Virus record (IMG/VR): IMGVR_UViG_3300028591_000095
Coordinates: 1-64,000 of that record
Strand: one strand, 5' to 3'
Source of the DNA: a virus
Lineage: Duplodnaviria; Caudoviricetes
Length of the DNA stretch: 64,000 nucleotides
Under the pieces are notes generated by a model, which saw only the letters and a list, made by a program, of their open reading frames with translations, had not been told where the DNA came from and did no database searches. Positions 27,800 to 39,351 of this stretch are shown piece after piece; within the stretch, counting starts at the first letter, position 1; every line of letters begins with the position of its first letter. The position numbers and the translations under genes are program-made.

Positions 27800-30700
27800 T
27801 TAGTTTGATATTGATACTGTGATAACGTTGTTCATTACGAACTCTTTCGGGTTGTTGATTGTCTGTATTGATTCTGTCGTTGCTTCAATCTTATGAACAC
27901 GGTAACGATCAATTGGTCTGAATATAAGATTAGATGCATCTGATTTAGATATGAGCCAATCTTTATAAATAACACCGTATGTAGCCCACGGAACACCAAT
28001 ACCAAGATTGGTTCCATAGATATCATCAACATTATCATTATCATATAGATTACCAATATCCAGATATTTTACAGCCCAATCAGTTGCTGTGTATGTTGTG
28101 CGTGGATTTCTACTTGCTTCTGAATATATGAATGTTTCAAGTGCAAAGAAACTACCATCGCCGTTCTTCATGAAGTTTCCAGATGTTCGCTGGTTATTAG
28201 ATGGAATTGTACAAGTTTCACCATAGTCATCAAAGCTCGTTGGATATAAAGTTCTGAAGTTATTCGGATCTTTATCCAACACGATTCTACAACATAAAGA
28301 AACAAGAGTGTCATCATTGTAACTCATATATTCACCAGTAGGCATTACGAATACTTCATCACATGAGCATGCACTATGGTCACGTCCGCACTGTAACCAA
28401 TTCGAATTGAAGTAGTTGTATTCAGTTGTACCGAATACATCAACACTCACAGTAGTCACGTCGACAATTGTTTCATCAGTGATATTGTAGTGAAGTACAC
28501 TATATGTACTGAGGGTCTCATCATATACACGAACGTATACATCGTCTCCCCAACCAGTAACACAATTGACAGTATATGTTTTATCAAGACTGAAACGTTT
28601 GACTTCGGTAGCAGTAGACATATCATATATTACGAATGTAGTATTACCAGCACCGGTGATATCCTGATATACCATATAACTAGTTCTGTTGAGAGCATAA
28701 CCCCAGTTACCCAATACTGTTGAAACTTCACTACCTGCAGCTGCATATACATCAATGATCTTGATTTCATTATCACTGTTGTGAGTTGCAACAACATAAC
28801 CTTGATCTGAGAATGTATGAATTGTAGGAGTATCTACAGCATCAGTTGTGAATCCAACGTTTATATCAGTATATGTTGGAGCAGTATTCTTATCACTGGA
28901 GATGGTCCATATTCTATATACACCACTACGGAAGTTATTCTTTAAATTGCTTGCAGATCTAGAGAACATTGACATTACAAGTTTATCACCAGCTTCTGTG
29001 ATTTTGAACATTGCAAGTGTTCCAGTGTCTGTGCTATCCAAAGATGAGTTTCTTGTATTTGTGACAACATTGTTTCCAACATTTGTTATTGGATATGCTA
29101 CAATTGCAGATGTATCTGAAGGATCTGTTGAATCAAAGTATAGAAGAGCATTTGGTGAAACAATACAATTCTTTGATGGAATTGGATACACGATTCTACT
29201 GTAAGTATCTTCAGCCATGATGATACCATTATTAGGTACAGTGAATTGAGGTACATTAGTATCAAGTCGGAGTGTGAGCATTGTTCCAGCATTTCCAGAT
29301 CTATCCCAGGTCGGTGATGGGAAATCAGTCGTTGTAGTGATATAGTATTTCTTCTTTGCAAGAGATGGATCAACGTTTGCAGGTGTAACGACTTCCCATG
29401 TAGAAGGATCCCAGAATGTATCTGTTGCCCAAATCTGTGCAGTTGTATTGAAATTTGTAATTGGAAATTCCGTTCGGTCATTTACCCACACATATCTATC
29501 ATATACAGTATCATTATATTTACAATAAAACCATGTACAGTGTTCCCAACAGAAAGCCGTATTGTAATCGATATTACTATCCTGCAGATATGATTCTGAA
29601 ACCCAATCATGTTGTGTATGATCATACATCTTCATGGATGATACATTAAGTTGTGATAATGGTAAACGACCAGCATAACCCTGTCTGATGGGCATAGTAG
29701 TTCCACTGGAATTACTATAGAACAATACACCATTGAATGTGTTATCATTAGCATTCGTCATTATTGTTTGTGTGAATGCTTCTGGTGTCGCAAGCTTAAA
29801 ACCTGCTTTAGGACCAATACTGAGCATCATTGAACGATAACTGAACCAAGTCCAACCCATCCAGCTATGAGGTGGTCTCCTGAATCCATTGGTTACTACA
29901 TATCTAGAATACCATTCACCATTTTCAATGAATTTCTTTCCAGTTACTCTAGAATCAACAGAAAGAACACCTGTAGATGTATTATATGTTGCTGTACATG
30001 TATAGTCATGTCCACTACCGCCAGCATTACAGAGTCTAGGGCAATCATATTCTATCGTAGTATATGGATTATCCTTACGCTCCAGAATTGTACCAGAATA
30101 TCCAATATTGAATATGAGTTGTAAGAACGCCAAAGGTGTCACTACTCCCGGGATATGATTACTCTCGAGAGCACTCATTATATTAGCTATATTAACAGCA
30201 ATTCCCATATACGCTGTTACGTTCAATTTCTCATTAATTCGTTTAACGAAACTTGTCTCATTACCATCGATATCATACACCTTAGAATGAGTTATAAGAT
30301 TATGATTATAAACACTTGGATTACAACCAAGACCAATCTCGGTGATTGTTAAATCTTCGGTTACACCAGTTATGTTATAATCAAAAACATATGCAGTTCC
30401 TTTATCACCCAATGACAAATACATTGTTGATATTCCTGTGTTTGAATCATACTCAATAGGAGTTATACATTCTTTGAAGTCAGATTTACTATCAGAAGAA
30501 TACCAAAGAGTGCTGTTTGTTGATATACAACCGGCTGATGGCAATTGTAACATACTGGTGCTTGAACGATCGATGGTTCCAATACCAGTACCAATCAACA
30601 ACCTCCATGATATATCTCTGGGAAAGGATCCAATATAGTTCCGCATAGCCCAATCGGTTATGAGATTCTTACCAAAACACTCATTGGTTACATTACCATC

Positions 30701-30832
30701 TCTATCGATAGATTGAATATGATACACATTGTTGAAATGTGCAGTAGTGTCATCGCATTTCATCGGATGTAATTTGTTGTAATTACTGATGAATTTTTGC
30801 AATGATTCTGGCATGTTCATAGACAACACCAT
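27800..30832 (-). CDS. Tail/baseplate receptor-binding-like protein, paralogue of 31364..33997
   Basis: About 1010 aa (true start may be ATG 30820); N-terminal NLITD / TITEIGL / THSKVYD; beta-rich C-terminal half. Confidence 0.6.
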   Translation of the reverse strand: MVLSMNMPESLQKFISNYNKLHPMKCDDTTAHFNNVYHIQSIDRDGNVTNECFGKNLITDWAMRNYIGSFPRDISWRLLIGTGIGTIDRSSTSMLQLPSAGCISTNSTLWYSSDSKSDFKECITPIEYDSNTGISTMYLSLGDKGTAYVFDYNITGVTEDLTITEIGLGCNPSVYNHNLITHSKVYDIDGNETSFVKRINEKLNVTAYMGIAVNIANIMSALESNHIPGVVTPLAFLQLIFNIGYSGTILERKDNPYTTIEYDCPRLCNAGGSGHDYTCTATYNTSTGVLSVDSRVTGKKFIENGEWYSRYVVTNGFRRPPHSWMGWTWFSYRSMMLSIGPKAGFKLATPEAFTQTIMTNANDNTFNGVLFYSNSSGTTMPIRQGYAGRLPLSQLNVSSMKMYDHTQHDWVSESYLQDSNIDYNTAFCWEHCTWFYCKYNDTVYDRYVWVNDRTEFPITNFNTTAQIWATDTFWDPSTWEVVTPANVDPSLAKKKYYITTTTDFPSPTWDRSGNAGTMLTLRLDTNVPQFTVPNNGIIMAEDTYSRIVYPIPSKNCIVSPNALLYFDSTDPSDTSAIVAYPITNVGNNVVTNTRNSSLDSTDTGTLAMFKITEAGDKLVMSMFSRSASNLKNNFRSGVYRIWTISSDKNTAPTYTDINVGFTTDAVDTPTIHTFSDQGYVVATHNSDNEIKIIDVYAAAGSEVSTVLGNWGYALNRTSYMVYQDITGAGNTTFVIYDMSTATEVKRFSLDKTYTVNCVTGWGDDVYVRVYDETLSTYSVLHYNITDETIVDVTTVSVDVFGTTEYNYFNSNWLQCGRDHSACSCDEVFVMPTGEYMSYNDDTLVSLCCRIVLDKDPNNFRTLYPTSFDDYGETCTIPSNNQRTSGNFMKNGDGSFFALETFIYSEASRNPRTTYTATDWAVKYLDIGNLYDNDNVDDIYGTNLGIGVPWATYGVIYKDWLISKSDASNLIFRPIDRYRVHKIEATTESIQTINNPKEFVMNNVITVSISN

Positions 30833-30838
30833 CCTTTC

Positions 30839-31351
30839 TCATGTTATTGTGGCTTGATTACCAGTTATACCAACAATTGCTACAGTGAAGTCATCCACAT
30901 TATTTGGAGCTGTTGGTATATTTATTACAGTCGCTTGTGCTGATGTCACAGTTATATCAGCATACACCTTATCATCATAACAAGTTTCATAGCCTCTTGT
31001 ATAGTAGATGACAGTTGGTTCTACAGCTGATATATCGATGGATGCATGTGAAATGATATCCTGATATACAGTTTCATTTGCTTTGGTATAGTATGTAACA
31101 TCAGCACCTGCGGCATCACTGATGTTTATAGATGCATGTGTGAGACAATCCTGATATGCATCGACATCAAATTCAGTATACTCTGTGATGGTTGCAGGAG
31201 TATTACTGATAGCTTCGATTGATACCATGTTATCGATGATGTATGGTGGACGATATTCACTTGCAACATATACACCTCTAACAGGTACAATCTTATGAAC
31301 ACCGTCAACAACTACATGTTTACATACTTCTTTAAATTTGTAGATTTCCAT
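30839..31351 (-). CDS. Small tail-associated protein with internal tandem repeats
   Basis: Repeats YQDCLTHASINIS, YQDIISHASIDIS, YDDKVYADITVTS. Confidence 0.6.
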   Translation of the reverse strand: MEIYKFKEVCKHVVVDGVHKIVPVRGVYVASEYRPPYIIDNMVSIEAISNTPATITEYTEFDVDAYQDCLTHASINISDAAGADVTYYTKANETVYQDIISHASIDISAVEPTVIYYTRGYETCYDDKVYADITVTSAQATVINIPTAPNNVDDFTVAIVGITGNQATIT

Positions 31352-31363
31352 ACGATCACCTCA

Positions 31364-33997
31364 TCAGTTACTGGTTCCTGGTGGTTTACCGTTGAATATG
31401 GTTTTATTCGAATAAGTGATCTCAAATTTTTTACCAGATACATTTCTTTCAGTATTATTGATTGATGTGATTGTAGTTGTTGTACCTTGGAGCTTTATCG
31501 GTAACATATTTATCATCGGAATCATCTTATCACCGTGAACAAACCATTTATCATATACGAATTCCATACCATACTGATCAACACCCTGAATGTATGATGT
31601 ATCACCGGTACAAATCATTCTACCGACATCGAAGTATTTGAGATTAGGTCTACCATTACTACTCCAATGTGTTGATACACCTCCGACAATACCGAGTATT
31701 GAGTTGCCAATTCTATATGGCATAATTCCAAGGTTTCCGTCATTGTAACCATCGAGATTAAATGTGGTTGAATTAACGAATGCAAGATGTGATGGATCAT
31801 CGTTTACGTTGATGCCGATAAACCATGCATTACCACCTCCAACATGACCCAGTGTGACAATATTGTCAAAACACTTTAAGTACACACCCCAAGTGCTGTA
31901 GAAGTCGACGTTACGATCACATTCGGTGAACGTTGCTGCGGTTAAGTTGCATACATATGTTTTGGAATCAGTTGTACTAATCCATACGTGATTACGGTGA
32001 GCGAATATGGTTCTTGCAGTACCGGATAATGATGATAATGGTAAACTACTTTCATCACGACTGTTGTCAATGTCATAGATTCTAAGTTCACTTCCATCTG
32101 TTGTGACATATGCTATTTTGTTAACACCATACATGCAGCAACCACATTTACACGGGAAATTAGTTTCTACGATCGGATCAACACGAAGATCATGTATCAT
32201 ACCTGCTGATATTGATGGTTGTGATGAAAATACTATTCCTGCAGTTGTTTCTGTAGCAAATACTACACCACTGGAATAATTAGTTCTTGTTGGTGATGCT
32301 AATGTACCATTTGGAATTGTTGAAGTATCCCAAACAGATCTCCTTGGTGTAGAATCTACAACGAACAACCATTTGTCATATGTCGTAGCATACTTTATAT
32401 TTCCGGTACTCATATCCTGATGGAAGTTTACATCGAATCCGAATATCTCAGATTTGTTGTTATAGTAGGAATCATCTTGACCACCCCAAACATATGACCA
32501 ATGATATGTCGTATTGAATATTGAACATGTTGGTTTTGAGAAACCACTATCGGTTACAAACTTATTCGGAGTTGTCATATATCCAGAGTCTGCAGCATCC
32601 TCAGTAAGTTTCAAATGGAAGTCCTTATAACCTCTAAGAGGTTGGATATTTATACTGTCTGAGTTGGTTATCCAGAACCGTTTATTTTGTGCAGCTACTG
32701 GGATATTGTCATGGTCTTCGATTCGGATCCAATCATTGTTAGGTATGTTAGGACCTTTCCAGTATTTATCCGTAGCGTAAACAACCTCAATGTTACCACG
32801 AATCTTTATGATAGGATCTGATATATTTGGATTTAAGAAGACATATAATGTTTCAATATTATCACCATTCGTGTAGTACATCACGGTCCGGAATCCGACA
32901 GTCATCAGCGTTTCATCATATTCATGACGAGAGTCATTATAATAGTATACACCTGTATTATTCCACTCACCAGTACCTACGAAAGGATTGAACATCTTAA
33001 CATCAGTAACAACTAACTGGGTGAAAGGATATTCAACACCGAACCTCTCCGAAAATCCATAATCATTCTCAGGGGTGTATGACCAGAATGGACCTATCTC
33101 AAATGAAATAGGTTCCGTCAAACGTTGAGGTTGTGCGATTAACATTCCAGTGGTGTATGCGTAGAAACCATCTATGTATTTTTCATATTCAGTGTTATTT
33201 TGTGTAACCAACACGTTCTCCATCAGAGCGGTCTTAGTTACAGTTGAATCAACAATAGCTGATCTTGAATATGTTGAAACGGTTCTACTTTTATAGCCAT
33301 TAGTATTAGAATGATTTACACGCTTATATGTACCAACCGTTGGTATCTTCATTCTGTTCATCATGAGATTTCCAGTTGTGATAATTGAGAATGTGTTAGC
33401 AGCGAAGTTGTCTGTAATAAGACTCTCGAGGAATGAACAGCAGAAATATACTGTGATTTCAAGAATCTCATTTGGTTTCTTAATCATTGCAGTACGTTGA
33501 CCTTGGTTATCATATACGAATGAATGAGTCCACAGTTCATTCCAGTTAGTACCAATACCATATTCAGTGATGGTAACATTCGCAGATATATCAGTGATAT
33601 TTGCTGGGAAGTAACACACTAAGTATCGACTAACTGTCGTAATGCGTCCATCTGTGTCAGTTTCACCAGGTGCATAAAACATTGGGTATGTATGTGATAC
33701 TGTTGTATTGCTAGTCGTCGCAGCCAGTCCATTAAACAATACAGCTGTCATGATTGTACTGGTCTTATCAAATGACTGAGTACCTTCGCCGACATACAAC
33801 TTTGTCGGAAAGCTGACGTCTACGTCATTCGCAAAGAACCGAGCAAATCCGTAATCAGTTAACAGATTCATTCCATACTTTGTATCAGTAAGAGTACCAT
33901 CAAACGTGTATGTTTTAGCAACATACACGTTTGATACATGACCTGATACGGATTCCATATTCTTTATGAATTCATATAAACCTTTTATATCTTCCAT
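31364..33997 (-). CDS. Tail/baseplate receptor-binding-like protein, paralogue of 27800..30832
   Basis: 877 aa; NLLTD / TITEYGI / THSFVYD; beta-propeller-like C-terminal half. Confidence 0.6.
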   Translation of the reverse strand: MEDIKGLYEFIKNMESVSGHVSNVYVAKTYTFDGTLTDTKYGMNLLTDYGFARFFANDVDVSFPTKLYVGEGTQSFDKTSTIMTAVLFNGLAATTSNTTVSHTYPMFYAPGETDTDGRITTVSRYLVCYFPANITDISANVTITEYGIGTNWNELWTHSFVYDNQGQRTAMIKKPNEILEITVYFCCSFLESLITDNFAANTFSIITTGNLMMNRMKIPTVGTYKRVNHSNTNGYKSRTVSTYSRSAIVDSTVTKTALMENVLVTQNNTEYEKYIDGFYAYTTGMLIAQPQRLTEPISFEIGPFWSYTPENDYGFSERFGVEYPFTQLVVTDVKMFNPFVGTGEWNNTGVYYYNDSRHEYDETLMTVGFRTVMYYTNGDNIETLYVFLNPNISDPIIKIRGNIEVVYATDKYWKGPNIPNNDWIRIEDHDNIPVAAQNKRFWITNSDSINIQPLRGYKDFHLKLTEDAADSGYMTTPNKFVTDSGFSKPTCSIFNTTYHWSYVWGGQDDSYYNNKSEIFGFDVNFHQDMSTGNIKYATTYDKWLFVVDSTPRRSVWDTSTIPNGTLASPTRTNYSSGVVFATETTAGIVFSSQPSISAGMIHDLRVDPIVETNFPCKCGCCMYGVNKIAYVTTDGSELRIYDIDNSRDESSLPLSSLSGTARTIFAHRNHVWISTTDSKTYVCNLTAATFTECDRNVDFYSTWGVYLKCFDNIVTLGHVGGGNAWFIGINVNDDPSHLAFVNSTTFNLDGYNDGNLGIMPYRIGNSILGIVGGVSTHWSSNGRPNLKYFDVGRMICTGDTSYIQGVDQYGMEFVYDKWFVHGDKMIPMINMLPIKLQGTTTTITSINNTERNVSGKKFEITYSNKTIFNGKPPGTSN

Positions 33998-34000
33998 ACA

Positions 34001-37000
34001 TCATACTCCTTTCTCATTTAATGTGATTTTTATAAGTGAACGGTAATCTATATCATTTATACAACGCTTGATTGTACCATCGTATGTTTCCAGTTCAAGA
34101 TCGAATTCACCAGGGTGAATGTTAGCATATGCATCGTAGAATGTGATATATTTTGGATCATACTCATATGCTTCTTCGTATTGTGCTATAACAGGATAAA
34201 TATGATCATTGTATTTATATCCAAGATTGTACTTAATATCATCACGGTAGTTAGCGGTGAACAACTTGAAATATGGTACGAAGTAATATGATTTGAATGT
34301 ACATGGGAACACTTGCCAGTTGTTAGTATTACTTGTTGATTGTGATTTGAATTGATACATGTGATGAATTGATTTGAATTGATCAGAACCATCACTGTGG
34401 AGTCTACATAAGTAAATATTGTAATCATCTGCCAAAGTATAGTATAATGTACCATTCGCAATTACTAACGTTTCTGGAGCATTTGATGTTGGTAATGATA
34501 CAACTCGAACTCGTTCAAGTGTATTGATATCCAATATCTCAACAACTGCAGAGCCACCCGAAACAGCTTGACCCACGTAGATATAGTTGTCATCTTTACA
34601 CAACGATTGCCAACCAGTACCATATTGAGATTTCACTGAGAATGTTTCAGCGACTCTATCATATACAAGCAGATTGCTATTTGAACTTGTAGAACCTTTG
34701 ATCAGGTATTTATCGGTAGCAATCCAGTCAAAAGCATCCCAATCGCTAGTATACGCAAAACTGTCACTAATATTTTGGGTTTTTGTATTGAATATAACAA
34801 AACCTCCCTTTGTTGCAACAGCAAACTCTTCTATTGATACCCAGAACATCTTTCCACGTCCGGTAATTGTTGTCGGTAATACCGTAAGTTTTGTAATGTC
34901 TGTAGTATCTGCACGGTTTATTCTGATTATATATTTCTGATCAGTCTTCGCAGTGATGTATACGTAGTTACTATCAACAAGGAAGCCTCCAATATATGTG
35001 GTATTACCTGAGTATGGTAATCCAAGTACAGAGTTAGGAAGTTCAAATAAAACAGAATATTCTTTTGATATCAATGTGAACTTTATCAAACGAACAGTTG
35101 TACCATTGACAGCCATCAGTGTATACAATTCACGATTGTATTCCAATGTATTTGAATAGTAGATGTCAGTGATTGGTGTGGTTCCATCCAACAACGTTGG
35201 ATCACTGTAATCATTATATCTATTAGGAACACGCTCATTCTCACCGACAATCATTAGATCAATATGATCCAGATGTTTGTATGGGCGAATTGGAGGATGT
35301 AATCCACATGCTTTTGTGTTAGTTGATGTAGTATAAATGTTGTAAATATTATTCTGCACTGTGGGTACATTGAACATATCGAATGTGCATTTGAATTCAA
35401 TTCTATCACGTGTTTCTTTGGTTGTCACTGTGTATTGAAGTGATGGATCACATGTAATATCAAGAGTACATGAATCTACTAAATATGGTGTATCGATGGT
35501 AGTTTTCATTGTTAATGTATTCGGAATAACTGATATAGTTATACTATCATACATATCATCTTCATCGTTGAGATATATTGTATATGGGTTAATTAATCCT
35601 GTGTCGTTTTGTAGATAAGCTGTACCGTATTGATTTAATGTATCAACTGTAATCTCAGTAATCTCTTCATTGTATTCCCATTCATGTGTCTCTTTATTGT
35701 ATGACTTAATACCTTCGATATCTTCACATAAAATTCGGACTGCTAATACTTCAACAGCTGTAATCTTTACAGATGTAACTCCAACAGGTTCTTGACTTCC
35801 TCCAGCAATAAGAGCTGTATCAGTTAAGTAATAGCGTTCATCAGGGATGTAACCAGATGGTTTATATGAGCTATCAGTAAGAACGTATCCGCTACCACCA
35901 GAACCAGCTTGATCATCATCACCACTTCCATCAGGTACAGTACCGGAACCGCCATACCAGCCTCCACCACCAGAACCACCGTATCCGCTATCTTTGTAAA
36001 GTCCAAGACCACCATAACCAAAACCACCACGAGCACGTTCATCACCTGATTGAGGTGATTCAGTTTGGGTACCTGGTCCTGCATTACTACCATATCCACT
36101 ACCACCATCTTTTGTGGTACCTGATAAACCTCCACCTTGACCACCTTTACCATCACCACCACCAACACCAGCACCTCCACCAGCGACAATGATTCGTGAT
36201 AATAAAGATTGTTCAAGGTTTGCGATAACTATTTCAACTACAGTCTTTTCTGATACCGGATCTCCAGCATTTAATCCACCATATCCATATGTAGATATAG
36301 AACCTTCAATGAATTGATCAGTTACAAGATCATACATACCAATAGCATCATCTGAATCACGTTTGCATGGTAACAGATATCTTTTATAAATACCATTCTC
36401 ATACATTTTGAATGAATACAGTTTTAATCTACCAATATCAGTTTGGGGATTTCCACTTGTATTGTTATTAAATATAAACATTGAAAATTTGCCATCAACT
36501 TGTTCAGTTGCTTCTGATTGAATACTTCCAATGAGTATACCTTGACTGTCATACCATGATGCAGTTGTACCGTCTACAATAATCGTGATGTCTTGACCAT
36601 ATACTAATCCAGATCCTTCTGTTTCATATGTATTACAACAGAAAACGGGAATATCTCTACTATCGAACCTCATGAAGAAATTGAGATTACTATCATGAGG
36701 ACCAATTCTACTACCGAATATCGATTGATATGCTTGATAGGTATTTTGTGTTAAACAACATTTACACTCAACGATCGTATTCGCTTTATGCGTGTAACCA
36801 GTATTGATGTATCCTCGATTATTCTCCTTATTCTCAATATATGTTAACTCTGTATATCCATCAGGTATAGATTTTTCGATTGTAATTTGTTCTGGTCTGA
36901 TAAGTCTGATATCACTACCACCACCAGATGCACTCCAACAACCTGAACGAGATGAATAGTTATCAACGTTTCCTCCGTTGTATGTTGCTGTAGGAAATCT

Positions 37001-39319
37001 GGTGTTCCAATAAGTTCCTGCAATGGAGATATCAGCAGTTACAGCATGTGCAGGACTACCTCCAGCAACCATAAATACATTAGTATCAGTGTCAAGAGTT
37101 AATGTTCCTGCGGCATAACCACCTTCTGATTCACGACCATATCTACGAGCATTACCCCAACCACCATTACATTCCAGACGGTATGTTCCCGGTGGTAATG
37201 AAACTTGCTCCATTCTACCGGTGCATATCGAGTATACAACATCATTCCGTCGTATATTATTTACTTTTCTTGCAATGATGATTTTAGCTGTATCTGAACG
37301 AGCAGATTCCATGAATATGTTAGAGAAGTAATAATCACTCATGGTGTATCCATCCATATAACCAGATGGTTTATATGAGTTGGTAGTGAGAACGTATCCA
37401 CTACCACCTCCACCGCAACCTATTGTGTGTTCTCGGTTGCTGACACCCATAGTACAGTAACCACCATACCAGCCTCCACCACCACCGGGTTCTCCTTCAG
37501 CACCACAATTACCGGTACCATAGTTGTGTTTCAATAAACCATCCTGACCACGACCGAATCTCCAACCATTCGTTTGGGTAGGATAACGGTATCTATTGAA
37601 ACCACTATCTGAATTTGGATAACCACCAAACACTCCACCACCGGAAGCCATGTCACTCATTTTGGCTATTGTGGCTTCCCAGAATTGTCCACCTCCGCCA
37701 CCACCAGCGACAATGATTCGTGAATTTAACGACGGTGATGACTTAGTATTGTATGTGAATGTACGTGTTGGAATTGTTGTGTAGTTGTATGGTGAGAATG
37801 GTAAATTTCCAGGACCGTAACTGTTACCCGCTGTACAGTATATCATTAATCCAAGACTAATGTCTGTGGTGACACCGCTATTAACAGTAAACTCAATAAA
37901 GTTTACTGTAGTATTACGAAGATCACCCATGGTATAGTCTAAGACATAAGTGTCATTTGGCAAGTCATCGATGCTGTAAGTTTTTCTGATGGTTGTGGTT
38001 GTACCATCATCATATCCGAATTTGATAGAGAATCCTGATGGAAGTGCGATAGTATTTCTGAAATGTACACAAGCAGGTCCACCATAACTTTTTGAATCAG
38101 GAACATTACAAGTTTCAAGCAATGGGAATCTATATGTAGTATTATCGCTTGCGGTACCTGATATAGTATATTCACCATTGACAACTGCGAAGGTGACATC
38201 ATTAACAGTTGCTGTTGTATCTACAGGACATGGTAACTTGTTCAGTCTCTGTTCATACTCAATAAATGTGTCACCTATGATATCATAAAAACCAGAGATC
38301 GAACTTCCGTTTTCAGTCTTAACAACTGGAACGAATTTATGTACATCAGAATCATCTTCTCTGATAGTAAGATAATAAATTCTCGCATTGGCAAGATCCT
38401 CCCAGAAAGGAGTACCAGTACCACTCGCACGATGAGTTCCAAACACACCTAACGATGGTACTGGATATGAACTGTTATCAAAATCAACTGGTGCGAATGT
38501 AGTATGATCATCATTTGATGAATGGTATATTGTATCAGAACCATTTTCATGCCAAGTAGCTTCAGTCTCACCCATATTGACAATAACACGAGTGTTGTAT
38601 AACGCAGGGTCGGTACTGCCTGTTGTAATGTCAACCTGTTGGGAACCTGGACAATTGAATCTATATTTCCAAGTACCATTATTGCGTATCTGGAATGAAT
38701 ATGTAGCCCAATAGTCAGATGCTTGTGTACCCATACCAGTATTATCACAACCAACTAAACTCTGATATGAGTTTCCACCAGCGGAATCGTCAGCATAGAA
38801 TTCAAATTCTAGTGTTGTAAGATGATTAACATGATAACCTGTATCAAGACCTTGACTTGATGCACGCAGATATTCCATTGCTGAATATTGTGCTGGTAAT
38901 GTCACCTCATGTTCAATATATTCATCTGGATCTATATTCAGACGAACATCGGAAGCTCCACCACCGCCAGGTCCACCATAATATGATGCCGTGTTTGCTA
39001 AACCACCGCGGCCGCCACCGTTATATCCACCGGGTGCGAATGTGACTTTATCCGAGTTAGTATTTGCACCATCACCACCGACAACAGCATACATTGTGGT
39101 GGTTTCTGCAAGATCCAGTATACCCATTGACAAACCTCCGTAGGGTTTCTCTTGATCACGACCTGAATCACTTGAATACATACGACCACCACGAGCGCCA
39201 TAACACATCATCAGATATGTATCAGGTTGAAGTGTAAACTCTTCAGGTTCTCCTGTGTATTGGAAATCGTGTATTACTTCGAATAATTGATCTTGGTAAA
39301 CATACAAAGTTCTACTCAT
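34001..39319 (-). CDS. Large adhesin: two glycine-rich (Gly_rich_2 / ALK-LTK-like) domains with inserted LamG-like domains and a beta-rich C-terminus
   Basis: Two copies of GGxSDxR...SRIIVAGGG...GGGGWYGG...GGSGY; inserts begin YSAMEYL...LDTGY and YTELTYI...INTGY and end FVP...GFYD and LLP...GMYD. Confidence 0.72.
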   Translation of the reverse strand: MSRTLYVYQDQLFEVIHDFQYTGEPEEFTLQPDTYLMMCYGARGGRMYSSDSGRDQEKPYGGLSMGILDLAETTTMYAVVGGDGANTNSDKVTFAPGGYNGGGRGGLANTASYYGGPGGGGASDVRLNIDPDEYIEHEVTLPAQYSAMEYLRASSQGLDTGYHVNHLTTLEFEFYADDSAGGNSYQSLVGCDNTGMGTQASDYWATYSFQIRNNGTWKYRFNCPGSQQVDITTGSTDPALYNTRVIVNMGETEATWHENGSDTIYHSSNDDHTTFAPVDFDNSSYPVPSLGVFGTHRASGTGTPFWEDLANARIYYLTIREDDSDVHKFVPVVKTENGSSISGFYDIIGDTFIEYEQRLNKLPCPVDTTATVNDVTFAVVNGEYTISGTASDNTTYRFPLLETCNVPDSKSYGGPACVHFRNTIALPSGFSIKFGYDDGTTTTIRKTYSIDDLPNDTYVLDYTMGDLRNTTVNFIEFTVNSGVTTDISLGLMIYCTAGNSYGPGNLPFSPYNYTTIPTRTFTYNTKSSPSLNSRIIVAGGGGGGQFWEATIAKMSDMASGGGVFGGYPNSDSGFNRYRYPTQTNGWRFGRGQDGLLKHNYGTGNCGAEGEPGGGGGWYGGYCTMGVSNREHTIGCGGGGSGYVLTTNSYKPSGYMDGYTMSDYYFSNIFMESARSDTAKIIIARKVNNIRRNDVVYSICTGRMEQVSLPPGTYRLECNGGWGNARRYGRESEGGYAAGTLTLDTDTNVFMVAGGSPAHAVTADISIAGTYWNTRFPTATYNGGNVDNYSSRSGCWSASGGGSDIRLIRPEQITIEKSIPDGYTELTYIENKENNRGYINTGYTHKANTIVECKCCLTQNTYQAYQSIFGSRIGPHDSNLNFFMRFDSRDIPVFCCNTYETEGSGLVYGQDITIIVDGTTASWYDSQGILIGSIQSEATEQVDGKFSMFIFNNNTSGNPQTDIGRLKLYSFKMYENGIYKRYLLPCKRDSDDAIGMYDLVTDQFIEGSISTYGYGGLNAGDPVSEKTVVEIVIANLEQSLLSRIIVAGGGAGVGGGDGKGGQGGGLSGTTKDGGSGYGSNAGPGTQTESPQSGDERARGGFGYGGLGLYKDSGYGGSGGGGWYGGSGTVPDGSGDDDQAGSGGSGYVLTDSSYKPSGYIPDERYYLTDTALIAGGSQEPVGVTSVKITAVEVLAVRILCEDIEGIKSYNKETHEWEYNEEITEITVDTLNQYGTAYLQNDTGLINPYTIYLNDEDDMYDSITISVIPNTLTMKTTIDTPYLVDSCTLDITCDPSLQYTVTTKETRDRIEFKCTFDMFNVPTVQNNIYNIYTTSTNTKACGLHPPIRPYKHLDHIDLMIVGENERVPNRYNDYSDPTLLDGTTPITDIYYSNTLEYNRELYTLMAVNGTTVRLIKFTLISKEYSVLFELPNSVLGLPYSGNTTYIGGFLVDSNYVYITAKTDQKYIIRINRADTTDITKLTVLPTTITGRGKMFWVSIEEFAVATKGGFVIFNTKTQNISDSFAYTSDWDAFDWIATDKYLIKGSTSSNSNLLVYDRVAETFSVKSQYGTGWQSLCKDDNYIYVGQAVSGGSAVVEILDINTLERVRVVSLPTSNAPETLVIANGTLYYTLADDYNIYLCRLHSDGSDQFKSIHHMYQFKSQSTSNTNNWQVFPCTFKSYYFVPYFKLFTANYRDDIKYNLGYKYNDHIYPVIAQYEEAYEYDPKYITFYDAYANIHPGEFDLELETYDGTIKRCINDIDYRSLIKITLNEKGV

Positions 39320-39351
39320 GTAAGTTCACCACCTTTCTATTTAAATTGATA

